A stretch of DNA of 64,000 nt from a candidate division FCPU426 bacterium (lineage in GTDB: Bacteria > Oederibacteriota > PGYV01 > Palsa-1178). Below the pieces are notes generated by a model. That model did not search any database. It saw nothing but the letters and a program-made list of their open reading frames with translations, and had not been told where the DNA came from. The number at the start of each line of letters is the position of its first letter. Within the stretch, counting starts at the first letter, position 1. The stretch is from contig CAWIXE010000001.1 in the NCBI GenBank assembly GCA_963840035.1, forward strand, positions 128,001 to 192,000, in the 5' to 3' direction. Both the position numbers and the translations under genes were made by a program. Shown piece by piece: positions 36,703 to 46,939 of this stretch.

Positions 36703-38340
36703 ATGGGAAACGATTCAGGCAAGCTTATAACTTTTGTCCTCATCTCGGGGATAGTGCTTTTTGGATTTAATTATTTTTACGGCCCCAAACCGGCCGCGGC
36801 GGTACAGCAGCCGGCCGCTTCAACCGGCAAAGCCGGTGCGGGCACAGTGTCAAAGGCGCAGTCCGCAGAGCCGGCGATTACCGGCGAAAAAGAGGCCATG
36901 GTGCCGGCAAAGATATCAGCCGCTTCAGAAAAAACATATAAGCTTGAAAACTCCCTTGCCGAGTATACTTTCTCAACCATCGGCGGGACAATAAAAAGCG
37001 CGCTGTTAAAAAAGTACTCCGACGCGAAAGACAGGAAGGGCATGCTCGAGCTCATACCCGGCAAGGCTTCCTATTCATACTTCGCGCTCTCATCCGACTC
37101 CTTAAGCGGCCAGGCAGAGTGGACATTATCGCAGCAGTCCCAGGGTTCCATCACGTTTTCAAGGCAGATAAAACCCGGTGTTAAAATAATGAAAACTTTT
37201 GCCCTTGCCGACAATTCATATACCCTGGATACTACGCTCACCTTTTCAAACAGGTCGGGGGCTCCTTACGCATTTAAGGACATGCAGTATACGTGGGGGC
37301 CGAACATACATTACCTGCCCGAGGAACTTGCTAAAGTTAAAACAGGCATAGGCCCGGCTTATAATAAGATCGAATATCTCAACGGAAAAGACTTAAAGTC
37401 CATAAATGTGGACATTAAGACAAAAGAAACCAAGATTTCCATACTTGATGTCGTGCCTGACTGGATTGCCATGAAGGACCTTTACTTTGTCGCTACGCTC
37501 AACCCGGCAAAAAGGGAGGACATAAAAAGCGTGGCTGTAAAGCAGGCAAAAGGCGGCTTCGCGTATATGACTCTTACCCTCCGCGACATACTTGTCAATT
37601 CATCGGCGGACGAAGTCATATCGGTTTCTTCATACCTGGGCGCCGCGGAATACAAAAGGATGAAAACAGCCGGAATGGAAAGGGCCGTTGACTTGGGCGG
37701 CATAAGGTTCATGGGCATCTGGATGTTCTACGCCCTTGATTTCATGTACAACCTTACAAAGAACTGGGGCCTTGCGATACTCTTAATCACCGTAATCATC
37801 AGGCTCCTGCTGTGGATCCCTTCACAGAGCAGCTTCAAGCACATGAAGGACACGCAGTCAAAGATGAACATCATAAAACCGCGCCTTGAGACGCTGAAGA
37901 AAATATACAAGGACGACTCGCAAAAGATGAACGAGGAAATGATGAAGCTTTACCAGGAGTACAAGATTAACCCATTCGGAGGCTGCCTCCCCCTGCTCCT
38001 GCAGATACCGATCTTCATAGCCCTTTACGCGGCTTTAATAAACATGGTCGAGTTAAAAGGCGCGGCTTTCGCGCTGTGGTGGACAGACCTTTCCATGCCT
38101 GACCCGTTTTATGTGCTGCCGATTTTCATGGGCGTGACCATGCTCATACAGCAGAAAATGTCGGCCCAGACGCCGTCCATGGGCGCTGATTCGGAAATGT
38201 CGCAGAAGATGCTTTTATACGGCATGCCCTTAATGCTGACCTGGATGTCCTTTTCCTGGCCCGCGGGCCTCATGCTTTACTGGTCCATCTCCAACGTGCT
38301 GGGCATCGCGCAGCAGCTGCTGGTTAATAAAAGTAAATAA
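36703..38340 (+). CDS. yidC: Membrane protein insertase YidC
   Basis: GGAGG RBS; NWGLAI, NPFGGCLP.L.QIPIF.ALY, W.TDLS.PDPFY, PAGL.LYW..SN. Confidence 0.96.
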   Translation: MGNDSGKLITFVLISGIVLFGFNYFYGPKPAAAVQQPAASTGKAGAGTVSKAQSAEPAITGEKEAMVPAKISAASEKTYKLENSLAEYTFSTIGGTIKSALLKKYSDAKDRKGMLELIPGKASYSYFALSSDSLSGQAEWTLSQQSQGSITFSRQIKPGVKIMKTFALADNSYTLDTTLTFSNRSGAPYAFKDMQYTWGPNIHYLPEELAKVKTGIGPAYNKIEYLNGKDLKSINVDIKTKETKISILDVVPDWIAMKDLYFVATLNPAKREDIKSVAVKQAKGGFAYMTLTLRDILVNSSADEVISVSSYLGAAEYKRMKTAGMERAVDLGGIRFMGIWMFYALDFMYNLTKNWGLAILLITVIIRLLLWIPSQSSFKHMKDTQSKMNIIKPRLETLKKIYKDDSQKMNEEMMKLYQEYKINPFGGCLPLLLQIPIFIALYAALINMVELKGAAFALWWTDLSMPDPFYVLPIFMGVTMLIQQKMSAQTPSMGADSEMSQKMLLYGMPLMLTWMSFSWPAGLMLYWSISNVLGIAQQLLVNKSK

Positions 38341-38439
38341 ATTTTCAATTTTATATTTTGAATTTTCAATTAACACCGTGCCGTCAGCCTTTAATTGAAA
38401 ATTCAAAATTGAAAATTTAAAATTATCTTTGGGGGTTTT

Positions 38440-39087
38440 ATGAACACCGTCCGTATCACAGCTCCTACCGTCTCACAAGCGGTTAAGGAATTTTTGGAAG
38501 AGAACTCCATAGGCCTTGAATCCATTTCTGCCAACTTAATCAGCGAAAAGGTCTTCACAGACAAGAAAGAATACACGGTGGAAATGCTTAAAAAGACCCT
38601 CCGCGAGAATCCCCTTCCGCCCGCGGGCGCGCTGGATGAGGATGTGCAATACGCCAAAGAAATACTCACAAAACTTTTATCCCTCATGAAGTTCATGGCT
38701 TTTGAAATCACCGAAAAAAAAGACGGTACTCTGACCGTATTAAAGGTATCCACGGACGGCAAGGACGGGCTTTTAATCGGCAAGAACGGGCAGAACATCA
38801 TGGCCCTGCAGTACCTGCTTTCCATCATGCTTGATAAAAATTTAAGGAAACACGTCCCCGTGGTCATTGACGTGGATACCTACAGGGAAAAACGCGCCGT
38901 TTACCTGAAATCGTTGGTTAAGAACATGGCGTATAATATTTCCGATTCCTCGCCTGAGGCTATTACGGAATTTTTGCCGTCATACGAGCGCAAGATGATA
39001 CACGAAGAATTAAAGATAACGGGCTTAAAAACCTTCAGCGTTGGCAGAGGTTCATATAAAAAGGTGGTCATCACTTCCCTTCTATGA
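38440..39087 (+). CDS. jag: Jag/EloR (KhpB) RNA-binding protein, KH and R3H domains
   Basis: GLLIGKNG..I.ALQYL, DVDTYREKR, ERKMIH, SVGRG. Confidence 0.9.
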   Translation: MNTVRITAPTVSQAVKEFLEENSIGLESISANLISEKVFTDKKEYTVEMLKKTLRENPLPPAGALDEDVQYAKEILTKLLSLMKFMAFEITEKKDGTLTVLKVSTDGKDGLLIGKNGQNIMALQYLLSIMLDKNLRKHVPVVIDVDTYREKRAVYLKSLVKNMAYNISDSSPEAITEFLPSYERKMIHEELKITGLKTFSVGRGSYKKVVITSLL

Positions 39088-40472
39088 AACAGACAACCGG
39101 AACAATCGCAGCCATAGCCACTTACCCAGCGGGGAGCGCGATAGGCATAATACGCCTCTCCGGCCCGGATGCTTTTGAAATATCATCAAAGGTCTTCTTC
39201 CCTAAAAACAACAAAGACTTTTCATCCATACCCCACTCATCGGCCGCGCTCGGGACTATAACGGGCCCCGGAGGCCCCATAGACGAAGCTGTCGCGCTTG
39301 TATTCAAAGCCCCTCGCTCATACACGGGCGAGGACCTTGTGGAATTTTCCTGCCACGGCAACCCGCTGATACTCTCATCGGTTTTATCGCTGCTTATTAA
39401 AAACGGCGCCTGCCAGGCAGGCCCCGGAGATTTTACCCGACGCGCCTTTTTAAACGGCAAGATGGATTTAACGCAGGCAGAGGCTGTCACGGATGTCATA
39501 AACGCGGAAGGCGAAGCAGCTCTCAAAATATCCTTAAACCAGCTGTTCGGCCGTGAAAAAGATACGGTCGAAGCCTTAAAACTTGAAATAATAAAAGTCT
39601 TCTCCCTTATTGAAGCCGGCCTTGATTTTGAGCAGGAGGGCGCGGAGACAGGCGCGGCAGCGGTAAAAACGGCCATAAAAAAGACTGCGGAAAAAGTATC
39701 CCTTCTCATAGAGAGCGCGGATAAAGGCATACTCTTAAAGGAAGGCGTGAAAGCCGTAATTACAGGAAGGCCCAACGCCGGCAAGTCAAGCATACTAAAC
39801 GCGGTTTCCGGCATGGACCGCGCCATCGTCACTCATATCCCGGGCACCACGCGCGACACCATAGAAGCCGCTGTAATGATAGAGGGCATCCGCTTTAAAT
39901 TCATTGATACTGCCGGCATCAGGTCTTCATCGGACCCTGTGGAAGCCGAGGGCATAAAACGCGCGCGCAAAGCAGTGGATGAGTGCGATATTGCCATACT
40001 GGCGCTGGACTCATCTTCCCCGTTAACCGGGGAAGACTTAAAGCTCTATTCCGAAATCGCGGCTAAACCCGCGGTCATTGCCCTGAATAAATGCGACATG
40101 CCCGCAATGGTAACCCCTGAATCGGCGCGCAAGGTTTTAAACGCGGGCTTAACTCCGGTAGTCAGCGTTTCCGCTAAAACCGGCTTTGGAATAAATGACT
40201 TAACAAACAGGGTTAAAAGTATTATAATCGGTTCCAGGGGGCTTGACGCCCCCGGTGAAGTAATGGTATCGAGCATGCGGCATAAAGCTGCCCTGGAAAA
40301 ATCCGGGATGGAGCTTAACGCGGCTTTAAAGGCCATGGACGGTAAAGCCGGGCTTGAGATAGTCTCAGAACACGTTAAATCCGCGGCATATTACGCGGGA
40401 TCCATAATAGGAGAAGTCGCCACCGATGACATACTTGACTCTATCTTCAGCAATTTTTGCGTGGGTAAATAG
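39084..40472 (+). CDS. mnmE: tRNA modification GTPase MnmE
   Basis: TIAAIAT, SYTGED, GRPNAGKSS, GTTRD, DTAG, NKCD, FCVGK. Confidence 0.97.
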   Translation: MKQTTGTIAAIATYPAGSAIGIIRLSGPDAFEISSKVFFPKNNKDFSSIPHSSAALGTITGPGGPIDEAVALVFKAPRSYTGEDLVEFSCHGNPLILSSVLSLLIKNGACQAGPGDFTRRAFLNGKMDLTQAEAVTDVINAEGEAALKISLNQLFGREKDTVEALKLEIIKVFSLIEAGLDFEQEGAETGAAAVKTAIKKTAEKVSLLIESADKGILLKEGVKAVITGRPNAGKSSILNAVSGMDRAIVTHIPGTTRDTIEAAVMIEGIRFKFIDTAGIRSSSDPVEAEGIKRARKAVDECDIAILALDSSSPLTGEDLKLYSEIAAKPAVIALNKCDMPAMVTPESARKVLNAGLTPVVSVSAKTGFGINDLTNRVKSIIIGSRGLDAPGEVMVSSMRHKAALEKSGMELNAALKAMDGKAGLEIVSEHVKSAAYYAGSIIGEVATDDILDSIFSNFCVGK

Positions 40473-40994
40473 ATGAAAAAATTCCTTTTCCGCGCCGCCG
40501 TAGTAATAGTTGCACTGGCCGCCGCTTCTATAATCGTTGTGACTGTCATACTCAAACATAAAAAAGCTGAAACAGCCGTCCCGGGAGCCCCCGCGGCAAA
40601 TTTCATCCTTGGCATGCAGGGCGAAACCACCCACGCCTTAAACTCATTCATACAAACAAATACAGTCATCCTTTCCTTTACTGACAGCGGCTATTCATCC
40701 GATAAATTTGAAAAAATGATACCGGCCGCGCTCGGGGGCATAACAACGCGCAAAGGGGTCAAATGGTTCAACATTAAGCGGGAACAGGGCCACGCTCTCA
40801 TAGAGGAAAAAGGCGTTCCGGACGGCTTAAGGTATAAAGCCCTGGCTGATTCAATACCGAAGTTTTATTCGTTCAGCGGTTATCCCGCCGTTATCATCCT
40901 GGACAAAGCCGGCATCATACAGTTCATATACATCGGATATTCCCCCACATTCATAAATGACCTGCGCTCCTGGTTCGGGAAAAACAGAAAATGA
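40473..40994 (+). CDS. Membrane-anchored thioredoxin-like protein without CxxC
   Basis: TM, PG.PA.NF.L, YP..IILDK.G.I. Confidence 0.6.
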   Translation: MKKFLFRAAVVIVALAAASIIVVTVILKHKKAETAVPGAPAANFILGMQGETTHALNSFIQTNTVILSFTDSGYSSDKFEKMIPAALGGITTRKGVKWFNIKREQGHALIEEKGVPDGLRYKALADSIPKFYSFSGYPAVIILDKAGIIQFIYIGYSPTFINDLRSWFGKNRK

Positions 40995-41350
40995 AAAAAA
41001 CGCCGGGGCTTTTAAACACGGCGCTGGCTGTCTCATTTTTCTTCGGCTTATCCGGTTTATATCTGCTCGCTGATTCATATTACTCCCGGCTATCCGCCAC
41101 AGCGGCGCAGAACCAGCTTGAATTTTTAAAAACCATCCCTTTCCTTGTCACAAAATCGGATGAACCCGTCAAACTTCCGGCATACCAGGAAAACATCATC
41201 TTAACAGACCACCCCATACTCCACGGCCTGCTCTACGGCGATTATTTCGGGGGCAGGATGTCCGTCAGGCAGGCCGCGGTTAAAATAACAGCTGCGCCCT
41301 TTTCATCCGTGGAAATGACAGTGCTGCTTGACGCGAGGGAACGTAAGTGA
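40991..41350 (+). CDS. Hypothetical protein, N-terminal TM
   Basis: Overlapping start/stop with neighbours. Confidence 0.65.
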   Translation: MKKTPGLLNTALAVSFFFGLSGLYLLADSYYSRLSATAAQNQLEFLKTIPFLVTKSDEPVKLPAYQENIILTDHPILHGLLYGDYFGGRMSVRQAAVKITAAPFSSVEMTVLLDARERK

Positions 41351-41832
41351 AAAAAATAAAGAAACTGTTTCCTCCCCTTATGATTGCGTTTTCTATAGCC
41401 CTGCAGCTCGCGGCGGTGCTGATATTTTATAAAATTATGGTCTTTAACGAATTTCTTTTTATAAAATCAAAGGCGGATTCAGCCATCCGCTTAAGCGTTG
41501 GCCTGGCCCCGTATAACGGCGTGGAGATTACGCCCGCTTCATGCGCCCTTGCCATACCGTCAATAGGCAATGACCTTTCCCCGTTGCCGGGCCTCGACGA
41601 CCACGCGACCATAGTTTACTCCAACAAGCTGCTTATGTTCACCCTTACTCCTGCTGAAGGCAGCGCAAGGACCCATATGACTTTTTATACCGGCAAGATG
41701 GATGATTTTTCCTTCACCTCCACCGGCCAGATGCTCGGCTTCATGTACAAATCCTGCGGCATGCGCTTTTCATCCATAAGGCACATTAACAGCGCGTCTT
41801 ACCTGCAGGTTGCCGGCCCGGCGGTATTCTGA
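41347..41832 (+). CDS. Hypothetical protein, N-terminal TM
   Basis: GTGA overlap. Confidence 0.65.
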   Translation: MKKIKKLFPPLMIAFSIALQLAAVLIFYKIMVFNEFLFIKSKADSAIRLSVGLAPYNGVEITPASCALAIPSIGNDLSPLPGLDDHATIVYSNKLLMFTLTPAEGSARTHMTFYTGKMDDFSFTSTGQMLGFMYKSCGMRFSSIRHINSASYLQVAGPAVF

Positions 41833-42155
41833 TGAAAAAAAATATAATGTTTTTTCTTGGGATACTCCTCATATCAAACAACATTTTTATTTTTGCCTGC
41901 GGCATTTACCAGAAAATAAAAGCTGAACAGTACACCGCGGCGATATCCCGCGAATTTCTCCTTGATTCCGCGTACGTGCTTGCCACGCACTCCCTTGAGG
42001 ACGGCGCCTTAACGCCTGCCGTGGAAAAACAGGTAAACCTCTGGGAAGGCGTGGCCGGATACAGTTATGAAGAGTCCGCGGACGGGAAGAAAATGATAAA
42101 AGTGAGGATTTTGCTGCACGGGGAAGAATTTAAAAGGGTTTATTGCCTTAAATGA
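41832..42155 (+). CDS. Hypothetical protein, N-terminal TM
   Basis: TGATG overlap. Confidence 0.65.
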   Translation: MKKNIMFFLGILLISNNIFIFACGIYQKIKAEQYTAAISREFLLDSAYVLATHSLEDGALTPAVEKQVNLWEGVAGYSYEESADGKKMIKVRILLHGEEFKRVYCLK

Positions 42156-42183
42156 CAATTTCTTATTTCTAATTTATAATTGA

Positions 42184-42400
42184 AATACTGTCGAAAAAGT
42201 CCTTGATTAGATTGTCATTGCGAGGAGCCGTTTTTGGTCCATGGCGACGAAGCAATCTCAGTTTCATTGATAAACCTTTAAGTACTCGCGGTTCCACAAA
42301 AGTACAGAGATTGCTTCGTCGCTGAGAAACTCGCTCCTCGCAAAGACATCGCACGACTGAGTCGAAAACCTATAAAAAATCTGGATTTTTCGACAGTATC
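42184..42400. mobile_element. MITE with ATACTGTCGAAAAA inverted ends enclosing GTCATTGCGAGG repeat copy 3 (42213-42348)
   Basis: aatactgtcgaaaaagtcc ... ggatttttcgacagtatc. Confidence 0.65.
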
Positions 42401-42571
42401 ATTAAAACCAAACAAAAGGCCGACCTTTGGGCGATTCGTGAATCGCCCCTACAAATCCAAAAAATCCCACTTTACGCAACCTGAAGGTTGCGGCTGCCAG
42501 ATCTTTTGCCCTTTATAATTAAAAGCGCACCACGCACATTAAATCTAAAATCAAAAATTTAAAATCTAAAA

Positions 42572-44305
42572 TTATCTCTTCACCTTACTCCACTCCACAA
42601 CTTTTTTAAGGCTCCACGCGTTAACGACATCTTCCTTCGTCGCCCATCCCCTTCTTGCCGTTCCCACTCCGTACACGATAAACCCGAACTGGTCCGTGGA
42701 GTGGGCGTCGGTGTTTATGGCAAGTTTTATTCCCTGGGACACGGCTTCTTTAACGTAAATGTCCCTTAAGTCAAGCCTGTCGGGCTGGGAGTTTATTTCC
42801 ATGGCGGTGCCGGTTTTCGCGGCTTTTTTCAGGAGGAGTCCGTAGTCCAGCTCGTAGCCGTCCCGCTGGTTGATGAGCCTGCCGCTGACATGGCCTATGA
42901 TATTTACGTATTTATTTTCCATGGCTTTCATTATCCTGGCTGTCATGGCGGACCTGTCCATCTTAAAGTGGCTGTGAACCGAAGCCACGACCACGTCCAG
43001 CTCCTTCAATACGTCATCAGGATAATCAAGGTCCCCGTCCGGCAGGATATCCACTTCACCGCCCATTAAAACGGTAAACCCCCCTTTTTCCCTTTTATTG
43101 GCGGTTTTTACTTCCTTTATGAGCTTTAAGACGCTTTCAGGCTTTAATCCTCTGGCAATGCTCAGCGACTGGGAGTGGTTTGTAAGTGCCATATATTCGT
43201 AGCCGAAATCTTTTGCCGCCTTTGTCATCTCTTCCAGGGTATTGATGCCGTCGGTATGGTTTGTGTGGACATGGAAGTCCCCGCGTATGTCTTTTATAGC
43301 GACCAGTTCGGGTATCGCCTTTGCCTTTGCCTCCTTTATCTCGTCCCCTCCGACACGCAGCTCGGGCGGTATGTACTGCAGCCCCAGTTTTTTATAAATA
43401 TCCTCTTCCGTAAGGTTTGCTGTTAATTTATTGCCTTTTATCGTGTAGAGGCCGTACTCGTTAAGCTTGTAACCTTTTTTTACCGCTATCTCCCTTATCA
43501 TCACATTGTGCTCCTTGTTTCCTGTAAAATACTGCAGCGCAGCGCCGTAGCTCTCCTGTTTAATGACACGCAGGTCAGCCTGGACGTCGTATTTGGTGAA
43601 TATGCTTGATTTTGTTTCCCCTTTGGCAAGTACGTCCTTTACCACGTCCATGGAACAAAAAACTTCCATGGCCTTTTGCGGGTCTGTCGATACCGCCAGG
43701 ATGTCTATGTCTCCCACCGTTTCCTGCATCCTGCGCAGGCTCCCGGCTACCACGACTTTTTTTATGGAAGGCAGTTCTTTCAGGCTTGCGGTTATTTTCA
43801 TGGCAGCCTGATAGGCTTCGGAGAGCATCCTGCGCTCGGCGCCCCTCTTGTACATGTCCAGACCTTTTAAGAGCTTAATTTCCGTCTTTTCCCCGAACCC
43901 CTTTACGCCCCTTAATTTTCCTTCGCGCAAAAAATTCTCAAGTTCTATAACGGTCTTTATGTTGAACTTATCCGCCAGGGTCATGGCCGTCTTTGGCCCC
44001 ATGCCGGGGATCTTAAGGAAGTTCGCAACCCCTTCCGGCAGGCCCGCTTTGAGTTCGTCGAGGTAGGCGAGTTTCCCCGTGTCACACAGCTCGGCGACTT
44101 TTTTTGCGATGCCCTCGCCGATATGCGGAAGCTCTATAAGGGCTTTTTTGCCGCCGTTTGAGTAAATGTCCGAAAGTTCTTTCGGGTAACCTGACAGGAA
44201 CTGGGCGAGCTCGCGGTACGCGCGCACCTTGAAATGGTCTTCATTTTTGAGTTCGAGCAGTTCGGCGAGTTCGTTGAATATGTCGATGAGTTGTTTGTTG
44301 GTCAT
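42572..44305 (-). CDS. polX: DNA polymerase X with PHP domain
   Basis: HFKVRAY, GMGPKT, AGSLRR.QETVGDIDIL, QYFTG.KEHN, GDFHVHT..TDG, EINSQPDRLDL, NTDAH; start MTNKQ after AGGAG. Confidence 0.95.
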   Translation of the reverse strand: MTNKQLIDIFNELAELLELKNEDHFKVRAYRELAQFLSGYPKELSDIYSNGGKKALIELPHIGEGIAKKVAELCDTGKLAYLDELKAGLPEGVANFLKIPGMGPKTAMTLADKFNIKTVIELENFLREGKLRGVKGFGEKTEIKLLKGLDMYKRGAERRMLSEAYQAAMKITASLKELPSIKKVVVAGSLRRMQETVGDIDILAVSTDPQKAMEVFCSMDVVKDVLAKGETKSSIFTKYDVQADLRVIKQESYGAALQYFTGNKEHNVMIREIAVKKGYKLNEYGLYTIKGNKLTANLTEEDIYKKLGLQYIPPELRVGGDEIKEAKAKAIPELVAIKDIRGDFHVHTNHTDGINTLEEMTKAAKDFGYEYMALTNHSQSLSIARGLKPESVLKLIKEVKTANKREKGGFTVLMGGEVDILPDGDLDYPDDVLKELDVVVASVHSHFKMDRSAMTARIMKAMENKYVNIIGHVSGRLINQRDGYELDYGLLLKKAAKTGTAMEINSQPDRLDLRDIYVKEAVSQGIKLAINTDAHSTDQFGFIVYGVGTARRGWATKEDVVNAWSLKKVVEWSKVKR

Positions 44306-44401
44306 GGGTGGAGCTCCTGAAACGTGGTGTGTGGTATGTGGCGCGTGGTATGTGAAACAGCAGGCATTCCCGTACCACATACCACTTGCCACGTCCCACA
44401 T

Positions 44402-45502
44402 TTATTTATAAATAAACAAATTATCCCGGTTTATGACTTCCTCATAAAAGCTGTCCCCGAGCTCTTTTTTCAGCTCTGTGTTGCGCTTGCCTTTTATGCT
44501 CTCAAGGTCCTTTGATGAATAATTTGTGATGCCCTTGCCCAGCTTTACGCCCTTCGCGTCAACGATTTCCACCGCGTCGCCGAAAACAAAATCCCCGTGC
44601 GCGCCTGTGACGCCCACTGCCAGCAGGCTTTTGCCGGAATTAAGCAGCGCGGCTTTAGCTCCGTCGTCCACTTTTATCTTTCCCTTTTCCTTCATGGACA
44701 TGAGTATATAGCGCTTCCTGGAATCCACCTTTACGTTCTTTTCCCGCACCAGCGTGCCTTCTTTTTTCCCGGCCACTATGTTCTCTATGACGCCTTCTTT
44801 ATGGCCGTTGGCGATGACAAGGGGTATTCCGAGCAGGTTGAGTTTCCTGGCCACTTCAAGCTTTGTGACCATGCCGCCTGTGCCCATGGAGGTTTTACCC
44901 TCTGTATCTATGGACTTTATCGCTTCATGTATGTCGGATATATCGCTTATTATCTTAGCGTCCTTATGCATATCGGGATTCTTGTCATATATGCCGTCAA
45001 CCGACGTGAGAATTATTACCACATCCGCGGATACCAGGCTTCCCACTATGCCCGCCAAGGTGTCATTATCCCCGAACTTTATCTCGTCGGTTGCCACCGT
45101 ATCATTCTCGTTAATAACGGGTATGACCTTCCACTCCAGAAGTTTGTTTAATGTGTTCCTGGCGTTTACGTTGCGGGATTTGTTCTTTATGTCGTCATGG
45201 CCAAGCAGCACCTGCGCCACTGCTATGGAATTCCCGGAAAAGGCTGTTTCATAAGCCTGCATTAAAACATTCTGTCCGACCGCGGCTGTAGCCTGTTTTT
45301 CCGATAAAGCAGTGGGTTTGGAGCCCATCCCGAGTTTTTTAACGCCAAGCGATATGGCCCCGGAGGATACCAGGACTATTTCCTTTGATTTTGAATGAAG
45401 GGCAGAAAGCTGGCTTACCAGGGATTTTAAAAAAGCCTTCTTTATCCCCTTGTCGTCAGTGAGCAGATTTGAGCCGACTTTAATTACGATGCGTTTGTAC
45501 AT
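44402..45502 (-). CDS. proB: Glutamate 5-kinase with PUA domain
   Basis: IVIKVGS, VSSGAI, AAVGQ, PVINENDTV, FGDND, GTGGM.TK. Confidence 0.97.
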   Translation of the reverse strand: MYKRIVIKVGSNLLTDDKGIKKAFLKSLVSQLSALHSKSKEIVLVSSGAISLGVKKLGMGSKPTALSEKQATAAVGQNVLMQAYETAFSGNSIAVAQVLLGHDDIKNKSRNVNARNTLNKLLEWKVIPVINENDTVATDEIKFGDNDTLAGIVGSLVSADVVIILTSVDGIYDKNPDMHKDAKIISDISDIHEAIKSIDTEGKTSMGTGGMVTKLEVARKLNLLGIPLVIANGHKEGVIENIVAGKKEGTLVREKNVKVDSRKRYILMSMKEKGKIKVDDGAKAALLNSGKSLLAVGVTGAHGDFVFGDAVEIVDAKGVKLGKGITNYSSKDLESIKGKRNTELKKELGDSFYEEVINRDNLFIYK

Positions 45503-45590
45503 AAATACCCCGTTAGGTCATAGCCCAAAGCTCATAGCCCAAGTTTTCCCATTTTCCCTGGGCTCTGGGCTTTGGGCTCTGGAACTGTAT

Positions 45591-46850
45591 TTAATCCTCT
45601 TCCTCGTAAGTAAATTCCACGTCCCCGATTATTATCTGGTCCCCGGTCTTTACGCCTTTTTGCTTGAACAGGTCGCTTAAGCCCTCGCGCTTTAAGTACT
45701 TCCTGAAAAACTCCAGCGTCTCAAAATTATCCTCGAAGTCAAGCATGGCCACGTACTTCTCCACTTTCTTTGACTTAAGCTCAAATATGCCGTCCTCAAT
45801 CTCCTCAAAGCTGAAGCCGTCATTTTCGGCGAACATCTCGGAGGGCGCCTCAGGCTCTACCGGCGGGAGGTCCTTGTAAATATTATATACTTTGTTTAGC
45901 ATTTTATCCAGCCCGATGGATTCCCTGGCCGAAATAAAGTCCATGTCTATCTTTTTCTTCTTGAACTTCGCCTTTGCCGCTTTCTTTTCCGCCTCGGTTA
46001 AAAGCTCGGACTTGTTTATGACCACGACCTGCGGCCTTTTTACCAGTTTTTTATTGTAGGCCTTGAGTTCCTTGTTTATCATGACGTAATTATCGTACGG
46101 GTCGCCCTGCGTGGCGTCCACCACGTGTATGTAAAGCCTGGTCCTCTCTATGTGCCTTAAAAAATCAAAACCCAGCCCGCGGCCCGTATGCGCGCCCTCT
46201 ATGAGCCCTGGAATGTCAGCCACGACCATGTGCACGGTGTCGCTGTATTTTACTATGCCCAATACCGGCGTCAGCGTGGTAAAGGGGTAGTCCGCAATCT
46301 TCGGGTGCGCGTTTGATATCTTCGACAATAGTGTGGACTTTCCGGCGTTTGCCACTCCTATGATGCCGATGTCCGCGAGTATCTTAAGCTCAAGGGTTAT
46401 GTCTTTTTCCTCGGCCGGTTCGCCTTTTTCATAGAACCTCGGCGCCTGCCTTGTGGATGTGCGGAAATGCCAGTTGCCCCTGCCGCCGCGGCCGCCTTTG
46501 GCTATTAAAAATTCCTCGCCGTCAGTTATCAGGTCCTTTATGACGGCGCCTGTTTCCTGGTCCTTGATGATGGTGCCCAGAGGTACCTGTATGCGTACAT
46601 CCTCGGCGTTCTTGCCGTGCATCTTGGATCCGAATCCCTTGCCGCCTTCCTTGCCGCGGAAAGCCTTGTTATTATGAAAGTCAACAAGCGTGGTTAAATG
46701 CCTGTTAGCCACCACATATATGTGCGCGCCCCTGCCGCCGTCTCCGCCGTCCGGGCCGCCTTTGGGAACGAACTTTTCATGCCTGAACGTATTGGCGCCG
46801 TTGCCGCCCTTGCCTGATATTACCTTTATCTTTACGAGGTCTACGAACAC
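45591..46850 (-). CDS. obgE: GTPase ObgE/CgtA
   Basis: GGPDGGDGGRG, NAGKST, IADYPFTT, DIPGLIEGA, C-terminal OCT domain. Confidence 0.97.
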   Translation of the reverse strand: MFVDLVKIKVISGKGGNGANTFRHEKFVPKGGPDGGDGGRGAHIYVVANRHLTTLVDFHNNKAFRGKEGGKGFGSKMHGKNAEDVRIQVPLGTIIKDQETGAVIKDLITDGEEFLIAKGGRGGRGNWHFRTSTRQAPRFYEKGEPAEEKDITLELKILADIGIIGVANAGKSTLLSKISNAHPKIADYPFTTLTPVLGIVKYSDTVHMVVADIPGLIEGAHTGRGLGFDFLRHIERTRLYIHVVDATQGDPYDNYVMINKELKAYNKKLVKRPQVVVINKSELLTEAEKKAAKAKFKKKKIDMDFISARESIGLDKMLNKVYNIYKDLPPVEPEAPSEMFAENDGFSFEEIEDGIFELKSKKVEKYVAMLDFEDNFETLEFFRKYLKREGLSDLFKQKGVKTGDQIIIGDVEFTYEEED

Positions 46851-46939
46851 TGTGTTTTCTCCGATTGTCGGGGTTCAATTTAATGCCCCAATTTTAGTTC
46901 AATCATTATACCACATAAAACCGCCGTGGTATGGCCTTT

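Noticed and set aside
44306..44401. N-terminal extension of PolX, and similar extensions of YidC, hemerythrin, GH5 and the RR-AraC at 61269
   Set aside because: They translate intergenic repeats or overlap neighbouring genes; better RBS-supported starts lie downstream
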